Assembly: GCA_028534125.1 (NCBI GenBank)
Contig: CM052839.1
Location: forward strand, 10,540,001-10,604,000
Reading direction: 5' to 3'
DNA: 64,000 nucleotides
Source: Lama glama
Taxonomy: Eukaryota
Shown here in pieces: positions 35,101-47,800 of this stretch. Position numbers and translations under genes: made by a program. The notes below the pieces were generated by a model that saw only the letters and a program-made list of their open reading frames with translations, was not told the DNA's origin and did not search any database. Within the stretch, counting starts at the first letter, position 1. Every line of letters starts with the position of its first letter.

Positions 35101-37399
35101 TGTCCACCTCCCCGTCACAGTGGGGAGAGGAGGAGCAGCTACAGAGGAATCAGGGAAAAGCCCCCCTTTTCCATCTCTGCTAGTCAGCCTTCCCTTATCA
35201 CAGGGACACTGAAAAATCCCAGAAAACCTGAGCTTAGGCCAGGAAGAAGCTTTAGTTTCACAGCAATTTGGAATTGTTAATATTATAACGAACTGGGCAT
35301 GTCAATTATTAAGCTGAGATATTACCAAATGACTTTCTTATTTTCTAAGAATAACCTGGAAAGCAGGGGATGGGAGGAAGGGATAAAGTTGTTTACTGAA
35401 GACACGGTAGGACTTACCTGCTTAACGTTATATAGATTATAGAGTGATTATATAGATAAGCACATCTTGCGTGGGACCTTTGCACAATGCCAAGATTAAT
35501 GAAAAGGAAACATTCCTGCTAAAGATTCAAAAGAGAATCACAAAATCGTAGTAATGAGAAACTGGATGACATCCTTCATAGGTGACAAGAAGACAAAGCT
35601 TTAATATATCAGAAGCAGAAAATCCTCAGCAGAGAGAGGATGGAAAGGGAGAAAGCTGATGATGCTTGGACATCTGACTCTTTGTCCTACATCATCCTGG
35701 CCACCATGCCAACACCCCAAGCACCTCTGGGTAACAGACTCCACCCTGCACCAGCCACCATGTAGGCACATGACACAGGCCAGACCAATGAAAGTCTGTT
35801 TCTTGAATTTCTAAACTGAGACCTAAAGAGAGGAAATTCTCTCTTTCTCAAGGGATGGACCTTAATGATATGAATCTGGGGCTTGTCCCAGTAGCCTTGA
35901 CCCCACACAATCTGGGGAAGGAAGGCAGGCAGTAGAAAAGAATAAAACTGACAGCTGCCATTAACTCAAGGCTTACGGTGCACCAGGCACTGTTCTAAAG
36001 CACTTTGCAGGCATTAACTCACTGGAGTCTCACATTCTCTCTCCCGGAGCAGGGACTACTGAGCCCCATTGTTAAGAAGTTTGGCCTTATCCCAATAAAG
36101 AGAAGGCAGTGAGGGCCCTTAAGAAGACCAGCGGCAAGATCAAGGTTAAACTTCCCTAGAACTCTACTGTGTGGAATGGGTTGGTGAAATTCATGTTGAA
36201 AGTGGGCAGACCATGAGAAGCAGGGTGATACTGGGCCCGAAGATCTACCAAATCAGAACTTCTGCCCCATCCTTAAAATTCCAATTGCATAGAGCAACAC
36301 AGCAGTCACCTGAGGGTTCTGAGTTGTTTTATGGTTATTAAAAAACCATATTGAATAATCCACATTATTAATGTTTTTTAAAAAGTATGCAGACTAATAA
36401 ACAACTTGGCAGTAGACAGTATTTGTCACAAGTCCCCCTTTCTCTTTCTCTTACACCTAGCACTGGGATAATTCTGCTTACTCTATGCTTTAAAAAATCT
36501 GAATCATGTGTATAAAGTGTGTAGACAAAATAGTAAGCAAACGATAGCAACAAATCAATTACGTTATCGTTAAGTGGTGGGACTCTATTTGATTTATGGT
36601 TGTTTCTTTACATTTCTTTAAATTTTTGATAATTTCTAATTTTCTATAAAGAGCATATATTACTTTTATATTCAGAACATAATCAGCATAGGCAATGTTA
36701 TAAATATCATAAGATCACTTTATATATAAATATATACGTTGTGTGTTTAGTGAGTGTGTATGTGACAAAACGACTGGAAGAACGTTACCCCAAATTATTA
36801 ACAGTGGTAGTGAATCTAGGTACCCTTTAAATTTCTTTTTACTTCTATGCATTTTCCCAATTTTCTAGAACAAGTATGCATTCCTTTTTTAATGGAAAAA
36901 ATAAAATTTATTCCTTTAATTTTTAAAAGAAGTGGGGCTGGAGGACTCTGTTCCAACAAGGATGCCACACATTCCTGAAAACAAAGCAGCAGATGCAACC
37001 ATCCTCCAGCAGAACCCCCTCCATAAAGGAGCCTCATTATTCATTCAGAGGTTGACTTAATTGTAGTGGATTCCAGTACAAATGGAAGGATTTCTAATCA
37101 TCACCTGCTCTGACCTTTACCCTCTTTTTCCTTCTCTTCCTGGACAGTGCTTTAATGGCTCTCTAATAGGCAAAGAGGGCATTAGTCCCACTGGTAATAG
37201 GGGAATTGGTAAATTGGGGGTTGCATTGGGAGCTGGGGGGATGAAGTGAGTAGCATCGGTCCTCCTTGGAAAGGGCACACTCTCGGGTCTTCCCAGTCCC
37301 GTTCACCCCCTGTTATATCCCTTACAAGACAATTAACACTGCCTTTGAGGAGACACAATCTCTAGGCTGTCTTCAATGGTGCCTAGTATAGATGCGTTT

Positions 37400-37670
37400 G
37401 TTCCATGAGGAGGCAGTGAGGGGTATCAAACCGGAGAGCATAAGCCCCATTGAAAGGGGACTATACCTCTCGCCTCCAGCCGGCCATTGCCATATGGAAA
37501 TGCCAGCCCAGAATGGCCCAGTTTAACATGTGAAAGGATGAAACTACACTGACTTCTAAGTATGGCAATTCATTTAACATGAAAACACTCTCTGGGCCAA
37601 TGAGTTCTGGCTAAACACAATACGTCTGTGAGCCATGGTTTGGTCGGTCAACAGCAAATACATAAACTCC
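37400..37670. mobile_element. MER102-like hAT-Charlie relic
   Basis: ctccagccggccattgccatatggaaatgccagcccagaatggcccag...aaacactctctgggccaa...tacgtctgtgagcc. Confidence 0.5.
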
Positions 37671-40600
37671 AGGTCAAATAGTCAGAGCTGCGATTCCTTA
37701 CTCTCCTCCAACCACAGCAGCTCTTAACCACTGATACTGAGTATTAAGGACGGAACCTGAATTCTGAAAGATTGTCTTGGCACCAGTAAACAAGCAATGC
37801 CTTGGACCAGGGCATTTCAAGAACCCACGGGATCATGGACAGGAACTCCTGGATATAAACATCTCCCGTGGAAATTGAAAACTGGGGATGAAATCTCTCT
37901 TCCTGGTAGGTCATGGGATGTAGGTTTTTATAGTAAGAGGTGTTGGCTACATAAGGGCTTACTGAACAATATGAACAATTTATATAAACGTCTGATAAAG
38001 CTGACTTCCCAGAGCTGGCCTTGAAACATCATTTTGCTTATTTCCATAATGCTATTCTCAGATGCCAGTAAAGCTTCCACAGATTCTAAGCTAGACTTGG
38101 TCTTTGTTCTCACAGTGTAGCTCTGAGCCCCCTGGGAACCCATATCACCAAGAGAAAGTCAGTGTAGCAGTAAATTGAAATCATGTCAAAATTCAGCAGA
38201 AAGAGAAAGACCAAATACCAAATCCCAAGCATCTAAATTTCTCCCTCAAACTGTCACTTCTCACTACAAAACCTTAGAAATATTTGCAACAAGAAGAGAG
38301 CAAAGAAGCATTTATGCTTGTCCAGGGCCATGCAGAATCTTAGCGGACTCAGCTGGAACTGATGGAAGACTCTCTTATCTCTAGTTAAGAGTTGCAGGAA
38401 GAATAAGAGAGGGAGAGAGTCCCTGGGATTCACTCTGGACTCGGACCAGATGGGAATCTGGTCAGTCCAGACCAGAAGCCCTCCTCTTTGGACGTGGGGT
38501 GGGCATGGAGGAAGAGAGGTAGTCTAGAGGGTTGCTGTGAGTGTCGGCTCCCCTGGAGACCATTCTCCTGCCTTCCTGTTAACTTCAGGGCTCAGCTCAA
38601 GCCTTTGGTCTTGATGTGGGCACTGCTGCCTTTCCTTGGGAGGAGAGAAATCAGGTCTGTCTACACCTTCATGGGCTGCCTTGCCAGGCCTATCAGATGG
38701 CTTCTGACCCCCATGAGGACCAATGAGGTGAGCAGTTCACCCCTGACAACCATTTGTGATTGTCTTTGATTTTTCTTTTAGAATCTGATTAAAAGAGGTC
38801 AAGCCCACAGAGTGAAAATTAGGTTTCCCTACCACACCAGGCATCCACACCACACATCATTCTCTCTTCTGCTTCTCCACAGACAGTAAGCTGAGCTCTA
38901 ACTCTCAATAAGCATCTCAGACAGGGCTGCACCATATGCACCAGAAAACAATCTAGCCCAAATAAAGAAGCACCTGCGATTCAAAATCCTCAAATGTGTT
39001 GCCGCCCCATGAGGTTTCACATGATGAACTTTGCTCCCACTGAAAAAGACAAAATCTTCCTGTTTTCATATTTGCCAGGGTACCAGTCAACACACACAGG
39101 TTATCAATGTTATCTATCCTTGTGAACACAGAACTCACTGGGGAGACATGTCCCCACGAAGGACAAGAGGCAGCACAGGAGGGTGATAAGGACTTTGGCT
39201 CTGGAGCCATCACTACCATCTAGACACCTTAGCACTTCAGACATTCCCAGATACTGCTTCCCCACATACTACCCTGGGGTGGATGTTGGTAGTTTTAAAT
39301 ATCCCAGTGACTATAATGTAACCACTGGCATAGCGAGCACCACAGATACACTCATCTCTGACCTCTTAGAAAAGTCCTCTTGGTGGACTCTGTCCATTAG
39401 GTCCTAGAAGTGATTTAGTCTTTCTTGTTCTGGGTCTCCTGTTAGGAAGGGGTTGTTATTTAGAGAAGAGTAAGAGAATGAAAAGGAACTGAGATCTTCC
39501 TTTTTCCTGGAGGCAAACAAGATAAACCAGGAAAGTTATCTTTGAATGTGAGAGAAACATAACAATTAGAGAATCATGGATCTTTTCTCCTCAATTCCAG
39601 GTACTGTGAAGAACAGTGTTCATTTTTTTAATCACAACTCTTTCCCAGCCTCTTCCTTGTCCTACACGCACCCACATGACCAGCTCAGCGGTGAACACCA
39701 TTTTTCAGATGTTTGATAATACATGTACTGCTTCATTCAATCATGCAGTCACGACTGAATCTCTGTTTGGAAATTTTGTAGCCCAGCCCCACGAGAAGGG
39801 TCAGCACCCTAGATGTGCGATTTTCCTCCAAAATCAAGAGGACCATATCTGAGGATTAAAGTGAATGCCAAGCACCAAGAATTCCCAAATCACCAAAAGA
39901 AAGCTGAGAAGGTGTGTTTTCTGCAGCTTTCCTTGTTCTGCCCACCCATATCCTGGGGTGGAAAATGTACAGTTACAGTCCATAGATTATTATAATTAAG
40001 TGGTGTGTGGAATTCATTTTTTCAAAAATAGCTTCATCAGCTCTTCACAGCATGTGCTGTAAGACAAGTATATGTGAAAAGCAAGTGAGGATGGCGATTG
40101 TTTAGCACGTTTAATTAAGCAAGTATTTCTTTCACCCTTCCGGGAATTAAACATCGAACGGTGACTAAACACAGGGAAGTGTGCCCATGTAACTTCCAGT
40201 CTGCTGCCTTAATTCAAATGCAGGGTGAGAATCAAGGGCTAAGTCTGTGATCTGGAGTAGTTCTGCGACAAATGAAGCAACTGAAGGTTCACCCTTCACA
40301 TGTCCTACAGACATTGTTGAAGGAAGTATCCCTGTTGTGTTTTCTCTCCTGGAGTGTCTCCTTGATGGATTTCTTCTCCCTCACCAACATACATCTCCAT
40401 CTTGCCTCTTTCTTGAAGAAACGTTTCCTTCCCTGCCAGTTGCATCCGTTGTGACTCATATTTAAGAGGGACGGAAAACACAACTCAAACTGGCTTCCTG
40501 GGAGGGGAAGCCTTTGCTCACATCAATGAAGAGCCCAGTGTGTCATCAGGAACTGCGTTTTCTTCTCCATTTCTAGCTCTATTTCCGTCATTTTGGCTTC

Positions 40601-41260
40601 ATTTTCAGATGACCCTTCCCCTCATAGTGCCATGGTGGCCCCATTAGTCCTGCCCTACATCCTCCTAGGTTCAAGCCACGAGAAAATAGGAAGTCCTTAT
40701 TTACCCCAATAGTCTAACCAAAACCTTGGGTCTGACTCTACTGTTCTGATGGAATCGCATGCCCATTGCCACACTGATGACTGCAGATGGGACGTGGAAT
40801 CATCCGTTTAGCTTAGGCTACGTGGCACACTTCAGTCCTAGAGCCGAGAACTGAGCCCTACCAGAGGTACCTGGACTGAGGGTAGCAGGGTAGAAGGTGG
40901 CTCAGGGCGTGGGAGGGGTTCCCTGAAGGAAAAGGACTGACCGATTCCTAGAAGGGTGAATGGAAACCGGGGTAAAAACACAAACAAATAAACAAACAAA
41001 ACCAATGTCCATTAAACAACCTTTCTGCTGCAGGAGGTGCTGTAATTGTTTTTTAAAATCTAAGTTAAAATTGCCTCAAGATGTCTTACTCCGAATCATC
41101 TGTTACCAATGTGGAACCACTGCCCTCCTTTACAAGGCAGGAAACTGCATTTGTCAGAATCTGCTTTACTATCCACGTTTCTTTGTTCGAGCTTGCTTTG
41201 GAATGGAATTCACATGAGATTTGAAAGGAGGAGATGAAAGGGATGCTGCTGTGCGTGGGT

Positions 41261-41460
41261 AGAGTTGCCGGATTTCACAAATAAAAACACGAGACACCCA
41301 GTTAAATTTGAATTTCAGATAAATAATTTCTTGGTATAAGTACGTCCCATTTCCCCATGCAGTCTTATATGTGGTCTTTGGGTACTTACACTAAAAGCTT
41401 ATTCATTATCTATCTGAAGTTCACATTTAACCGGCATCCTGTATTTTGTCTAGCAATCTC
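41261..41460. mobile_element. MER53 palindromic MITE
   Basis: agagttgccggatttcacaaataaaaacacgagacacccagttaaatttgaatttcagataaa, with inverted arm tatctgaagttcacatttaaccggcatcctgtattttgtctagcaatctc. Confidence 0.85.
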
Positions 41461-43719
41461 ATTTATCCTGGAGGACATGGTGGTCAGGCTTGATGCTTCA
41501 GCAGACCCTCCAAGAACTTCCCTTTCGTGGTTCTGCAGACAGATACCTTTGAAGATCTCTCCACTGTCCCCTGCTTTGCAGTTCTGACACCTGGATGCTA
41601 CAGCTTCGCACACTTCCGTGAACTCAGGCTACTCCACTCACTCCAGTGCTGCACGCTGCTGACAGTTTCTCTGACCCTCCAGCTACAGCCTTCTGCACAG
41701 CTCTTCCCCCAGTCACGGAAGCTCTAATTTCTACATTCAACCCCTTATTTCCACAATAGTTGAGTGGCTCTGACCAAGTCCAGATTGATCCACCCCTATA
41801 TTCAGTCAGCAAAAGAAAACATGTCTTGCCATTTCAAGGCAATCACTTCTGACGTCTGTGTTTAGGTTTCAGGTTTCTTTCCTTTCACTGGTCTCTGGAG
41901 GGTTGTACGTTCCTGGGGGTCTATGTATCTTACAGCCATCAGGAGAGGGTCTACATCTGTCCTTTGTCCTCACTGAGATAGAAACCATCTTGTATAGTCC
42001 CTGTAACCACACACAGTCATCCACCAAGGCCTCTATAGGATACAGGACACTATTTTGTTTTCTTCCTCCACCTGACCCCACGCTGGTCCTCTAAGCACTT
42101 CTGTTCTCCTCCTTCCAACCTTTCTACAAAGATCTTGGAAACTGTCAGTCCTTATCACTGAACAATGTTGGGTCAAGGCATTGAAAGGCTGCCTCCTGGT
42201 TCCTCTCCTGAAATCCTGCCCTTTCCCACTGCTGCTCCAACTCTGGGCAGCAGATAAAATAAGGGCTTCTCCAGATGTCTGCAGTCTCCCGTGTGTCTCA
42301 AGTGTCCTCTTCTCCTGGACGCCCCAGAATGTCACGTCTGTAGTAGCTGTCATGTCATCCTCTTTCCTGAACTCTCCTCAAAGGGTCAAGAATCCTACAA
42401 TCATATCTAAGTTGTCCTCTGCTTTGCCTCCCCAGCCTCTTCTTCCCCATCCTAGGAAGACTTCTTGTCCATCCTTTTAAGGAAATCTGCTTGTCAAACT
42501 GCCATGCGTTCTGATCCGTCTACAGCTCAGCATTTACATGCTAACCTCTCAGTCTTTCAGGCTGTGCCCTGTATATTTAAAGCCAAGCTGCTGGAATTAA
42601 ATCAAACAAGGAACACAGCACAAACCTTTTTTTCCCTCCAAACTGCTTGGCTTTCACAGGAAAAGAAAAGAACTAGCATGGATTTCACAGCTATTGTCTC
42701 TGCTATGTGTTTAAAAACTATTGAGAAATTCAATCAACTGTTTTAGGCAATATCTGCGATCTCCGAGGCATTAAATGCCACTGACCCACTGAGTAAAGAG
42801 CCACAGGACAACATCCAAACATAAAGGAATAGAAAACTTCAATTAGTATTTCAAAATGCATCCCCTGCTTGTAACTGTCAGCGCGCTCTATCCATTTACA
42901 TTACCAGAAAACCAGACTGGAGAGCGCAAATGGAAAATAAATAACAGTCAAAGATTCCAGAGAACAATCTGTCCCACTGTGAAGAAATACATCATTATGA
43001 GAACCAAATGGGCCCTCGTAATTTCAGGCAAAAATCAATTCAATGGGATGTTACCTATATCCCAAAACATTTTTTTTTAATCACGAAAATACAAAGGGAG
43101 TGAAAAATTCCGTAAACAATCATGTAGTTTCAAAGTGTTACCTACATAGGAACAAAAATCAAGCTGGCTTCAGACTTCTCTTGAACACAGAGTTTCAGAA
43201 AGCAGGGGAACAATTTCTATGGAGATTTAAGAAAAAAATAGGCATTACCCTAAAATGTGATACCTCCCTAGTTCTGGGCTGGAATTGTAGATTTGGGAGC
43301 CATTAGCATAAAGAGAAAAATTGTTGCCTTGGATGAGTAAATTCACACAAGGAGAGATTTTAAAGTGAGAGGACCAGAAGCTCTGAGAGATGCCTGAGCA
43401 ACACCTATATTGAAGGGAAAGGCAAAAATACAGGAGTCAGACAATGAGAGGACGTGGCCAAGAGGAGGATACTTGTCATGAAAATTAAGAAACTAGTGAA
43501 TCTGGAATCTCTTGGGTTGAAAAAGCCAAGAAGTAAGACAAAGGCTGAGGAGAAAGAAGTCACCAGTAATAGATCTAATTATAAAATGTGTAAAATTGAT
43601 CAATTAACATTTAAAAAATATTTGATGTGTAATTTTATAAATCTCATGAATTATTAGCATTTATTCCTAGTAAGTGAAATGAACTGCCCCACAACATTCA
43701 GAGTATAAGAAACGGCACA

Positions 43720-44260
43720 TCCTTTTTTGTGTTTCTGAATTGTGAAGTATTTCATACATACAAAGAAGTCCAGAATATACTGGTACAGTTTAAAGAGAAT
43801 GAGAAAATGAAAACGCATAAGTCAGGTTGAGAAATAAAACACTACCAGGAACAGAAAAGCTCCAGTGTGCACTCACCATCCCGTGTCTCTCTGTCCCCAA
43901 CAAAATGGGATCAAAATCTGAATTTTGTGATAATCATCCCCTTCATTTTCTTTAGATGACTAAATATGTATATCTGTCTGATAAAATATTGTACATTTTG
44001 TTTGGTTTGAAATTTCTAATAGATAGATTCTAATGGATCTGTAACCTGCCTTTTTTGTTCAACATCATGCTTCTGAAATCCATCCTGTTGAAGCATGCAG
44101 CCAAGGTCCATTCATTTTCACTGCTGTACAGTATTTTATTCTATGAAGAGCTTACACCACAATTTATTTATCCATTCTATCCCTGATGAACACTTGGTTT
44201 GTTTCCCATGATTTTGCTATTATGCACAATGCCACAATTAATATTCTTACACATCTCCCC
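43720..44260 (-). mobile_element. Old L1 (L1ME-like) 3' region
   Basis: ttcattttcactgctgtacagtattttattctatg...caatttatttatccattctatccctgatgaacacttgg. Confidence 0.7.
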
Positions 44261-44787
44261 AAGTAGCCTAGATTCTCCTTCTGTACATGTATCCAATACA
44301 TCTGCCTGTGAGTGTCTGATGTCTTCACTTAGTGGCTGGGAGGAGACTATTCTAACAGTGCATGCGTGTCCTTTGAATTAAAACTTCATCATTATTTTCA
44401 CATATTTGATACGAGAAAGTTGATTTAGATTCAATATCCATTAGCAGCATCACAAGAAATTGCAACACAACATTTACCAAAGCAGAAAAGGAAGAGCTGT
44501 TAGATTCTGTAAATACAATGTCAACTGTTTTTGAATGATTGTAAAAGGCTTTAAATTTTGCATTACTTGATTTTGTGAACAAATTTGTTGTCAATGATGA
44601 CTATCCAGAATTTAAAGACACCATTATTAAAAAGTGTTGAACAGCAGTTGTGCCTAGCCATTTCAAGCAAAAAATCTGATATGTAAAACATCATGCCCAT
44701 GGAAGCAAGTTCAAATTTCTAATTTAAAAAAAGGCAATTATTTCATCTGAACAATTACACAAATTCAACATCTTCCTTAACACCTTT

Positions 44788-45267
44788 TGTAGTAGCCAGC
44801 CTCTCAGATAGCACCCAGAGATTCTTGTTTCCTGGTATGCACTTCCTGGTGTAGTTCTTTTTCACACTGAATAGGGTGAACCTCTGTAATTAATGGGATT
44901 AGTGCAAAAATTACAGTGTGACTTCCAAGGCTAGGTCATAAGAGACATTGGGGCTTTTGTCTTGCTCTCAGAAGACAGCCACGGTGTCATGAAGACATTC
45001 AAGCACCCAATAGAGAGCTGAGAGACTGAAGCACTGACTCCCAACCTATGTGAATGCGCCATCTTGGAAGTGGTTCCTCCAGCCTCAGTCAAGCCTTCAC
45101 AAGATGTAGCTTGTCTGAAACATTATGAGAGAGCCTGAGCCAGAACCTGGTAAACTGCTTCCATACTCCTGACCCACTATAAACTATGTGAGCTAATAAG
45201 TGTCTATTGCTATTTTAAGCTGCTATGTTTTGGGGTAATTTGTTACACAGCAATGGATAACTAATAC
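44788..45267 (+). mobile_element. MaLR solo LTR (MLT1F-like), TG...CA termini
   Basis: tgtagtagccagcctctcagatagc...gtgtgacttccaaggctaggtcataag...ttttggggtaatttgttacacagcaatggataactaataca. Confidence 0.82.
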
Positions 45268-45491
45268 ACTCATAATTTTTATTTTTCATACCATAATTAT
45301 ACAATACAGAGACAATGGCAATTGTTTTCAGTAAGCACAATATAGATGCCCCCCACCAAAATCTCTTTTTAAAATGGAGAGTAAGGTGTGGTGTTGGAGG
45401 GAAAAAAAGCAAAAGTTGATATTGCCAGTGTTCTGGACACTTTAAGACACCTCATTCTCAGACACCTTCAGGTCATCTCCACAGTCTCCTG

Positions 45492-45562
45492 TCTGTCTGT
45501 CTTTCTTTCTTTGTTTCTTTCTTTCTTTTTCTTTTTCTTTTTCTTTTTTCTTTTTTTTTTTT
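45492..45562. repeat. CT/T-rich low-complexity tract, (CTTT)n grading into poly-T
   Basis: Read directly from the sequence. Confidence 0.85.
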
Positions 45563-46567
45563 GTATATTGGGGCCAAGGGACAAAGAGGATATAAGAGCA
45601 AAATAGGTCATAGTAGGGGTGGCAGAAAATTTATTTGAAGCATTTACAGTAACTGAATGGCCCTGAATTCACTCTCTATATAAAACATGAGCAGGACTGA
45701 CACATCTGGAGTCCCCAAGCACGAAAACAATAATGATACCTTTCTATCTGCAAAATAAAAACTCTACAAAACTATGATATGGGTAAAGAAGCCCCCGACG
45801 TTTCTATTTTTCCCTGATGCTTCTTTTGAAATGTCAATTGTCAAATCCATCTTCAAAATTGTTTTAGTGTCTCTGCTTTGTCCCTTTACTCACAGTTGGT
45901 CTGCCCACTGTTTAATCCAGAGATGATAAAACACTCTCTAAATAGAGATTCATGTTCTAAGATGAACATACTTCATCAAAGCACCCCTCTGTGCCCCAGT
46001 TATTATTAAATCATTTTACCTTCCAGAGACTGGCTTTTCCTGAAGGGCTCTTGTTAGCCAAGCTGCCCTTAATAAGTGCTTTTTCTTAATATTCCTTTGA
46101 AACCCACTATAAATGTTCTTGTTACCCAGAAACTCTGCAGTCTCTGATGGGTCACTAAAATCAGGGTGGGAAGGCAGAAAGCAGCTCATTTTAGATCGGC
46201 AGGCCTCATGCCGTCCAGGTTGTCCTTTTGCTTGTCCCATTCTCACCTTACATGAACGCAAAGGGCCAGGCTATTTATATTCTGATCATGGTGAAGGACT
46301 CAGCAGGTGACAAATGCTAATTTGTGAGGTCAGGAAAGGTGCTTCACATTTTCCCTTTGTGAAGACAAGATCAAGACGTAGGGCAGGATGGGGAGGCTCT
46401 GAATATCCTGTATATTTTGCTACATTTAAGAAGTGACTGTGACCATACTCATGGAAATCAAAGTGGTCTCAGAGTTTGAGTCCCCATTTATCAGAATAAC
46501 CACACTTAAGGCAGGGACAAAGCAGGACTATTTTATTTTATACAATTGATATTGAAATTCTGAAGCT

Positions 46568-46728
46568 AAGCTGTGTAATATGACTGCTACTAGCCACAAA
46601 TGACTATTTAATTATAAATTAATTAAAATTAAATAAAATGAAAAATCCAGGCCCCCAGTCACACAAGCACATTCTAAATGCTCAGTAGACACATGAGCAC
46701 CGTTACAAAATATTTGTTATCATGGAAA
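46568..46728. mobile_element. MER3-like hAT MITE upstream of the DNAH9 promoter
   Basis: actagccacaaatgactattta...aaattaaataaaatgaaaaatccagg...cagtcacacaagcacattctaaatgctcagtagacacatg. Confidence 0.7.
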
Positions 46729-46959
46729 AGAAATAAAAACTTGACTGAATTCCCTTACATCTATTTTATTATCTGACATTGTTTTTAACTTTGAATTACA
46801 CATTTGGGGAGTAGGTGGGAGAACCATGATACTTTCAGTGTCTGGCGACCTCTAAAGAATTTAATCTGACCTTCGCCAGTAGGCTCCTTAACAGCATTTA
46901 TAGCCCTGACCTCCCCTCCACGAACCTCATCAATAAGTCATTGCCCTGGACAGTCACCC

Positions 46960-47800
46960 ACGAGCACCTCCAATCCGTGAGATTAGACAGGAAACTCGAG
47001 CCTCGCCCGGTTTCCTAGCAACAGCGACGCGACCCCGCCCCTTCCCAGGCCGGGCTTCTCCTACCTTATTGGACTGGAGGGGGCAGGACCCGGAATCCAG
47101 TGTCCAATAGGAGAGGAACGGAGGAGGGAGTCCTGGCCGCGTCCCCGTCGCCCGGGAAACCGCTGCCGCCGAGTTCGCGCGCGATGCCGAGCGCTGAGAA
47201 GCCAGCCGCGCGGGCTGAGGAGAACGCGGACCTGGAGCCCGGCGGCGACCCGCGGCTGCGACTCCTGGGGGCCTACGTGGCTCGGAGCCTGCGGCCGGCT
47301 GCGGGCGCCTGGGAGCGCTGCGCGGGCTCGGCCAAGGCGAGGCAGCTGCTTCATGCCTTCCTGGGCCGTGGGGCCGCGGAGGGGCCGCGGCCGCTGCTGG
47401 TGGTGCGGCCCGGGCCCGGGGGCCTGGCGGTGCGCCCGGGGCTGGACGCAGGACCCGAGGCCGGCCCGCCTCGCGCTAAGGGGCTGTTTTTCCTGCGCAC
47501 CCAGCCCGAGCCTCCGGGGCCTGACAGCATCCGCGGAGCAGTGCTGTGCGGGGACCTGCCAGCCGCGCCGCTGGAGCACCTGGCCGCGCTCTTCTCCGAG
47601 GTGAGGGTGGGTCGTTCGGTGGCCCCGCGCCGGCTGCTGCTGGGGTGGGGGTGGGGAGGAGGCGGGGCCAGAGGGAGGGCGGGGCCAGGGAGAGGAGAAT
47701 GGAGCTGAGTCTGAGGAGTTGCGATTAATGTGCGAAGGCGGCACCGCGAGATTAGAGGGGCGGAGCTGGCAGGAAACTGGGATCCCGGGCTGAACTCTGA
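46960..47800 (+). promoter_or_regulatory. DNAH9: DNAH9 CpG-island promoter with RFX X-boxes (47010-47022, 47147-47160), CCAAT boxes (46970, 47068 reverse, 47104) and a GC box (47033-47041)
   Basis: High GC and CpG density spanning exon 1. Motifs GTTTCCTAGCAAC, GTCGCCCGGGAAAC, CCAAT/ATTGG and CCCCGCCCC read directly from the sequence. Confidence 0.85.
47184..47600 (+). CDS. DNAH9: DNAH9 (axonemal dynein heavy chain 9) coding exon 1, 417 nt
   Basis: ATG at 47184, MPSAEKPAARAEENADLEPGGDPRLRLLGAYVARSLRPAAGAWERC...PLEHLAALFSE, donor GTGAGG at 47601. Matches the recalled DNAH9 N-terminus. Confidence 0.95.

Noticed and set aside
47100-47183. In-frame GTG-initiated N-terminal extension of DNAH9
   Set aside because: Similarity to recalled DNAH9 starts at the ATG at 47184; the upstream stretch overlaps promoter motifs.
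47061-47744. 227-aa minus-strand ORF antisense to DNAH9 exon 1
   Set aside because: Stop-poor by-product of a GC-rich CpG island; Arg/Pro/Gly-rich with no recognisable domain.
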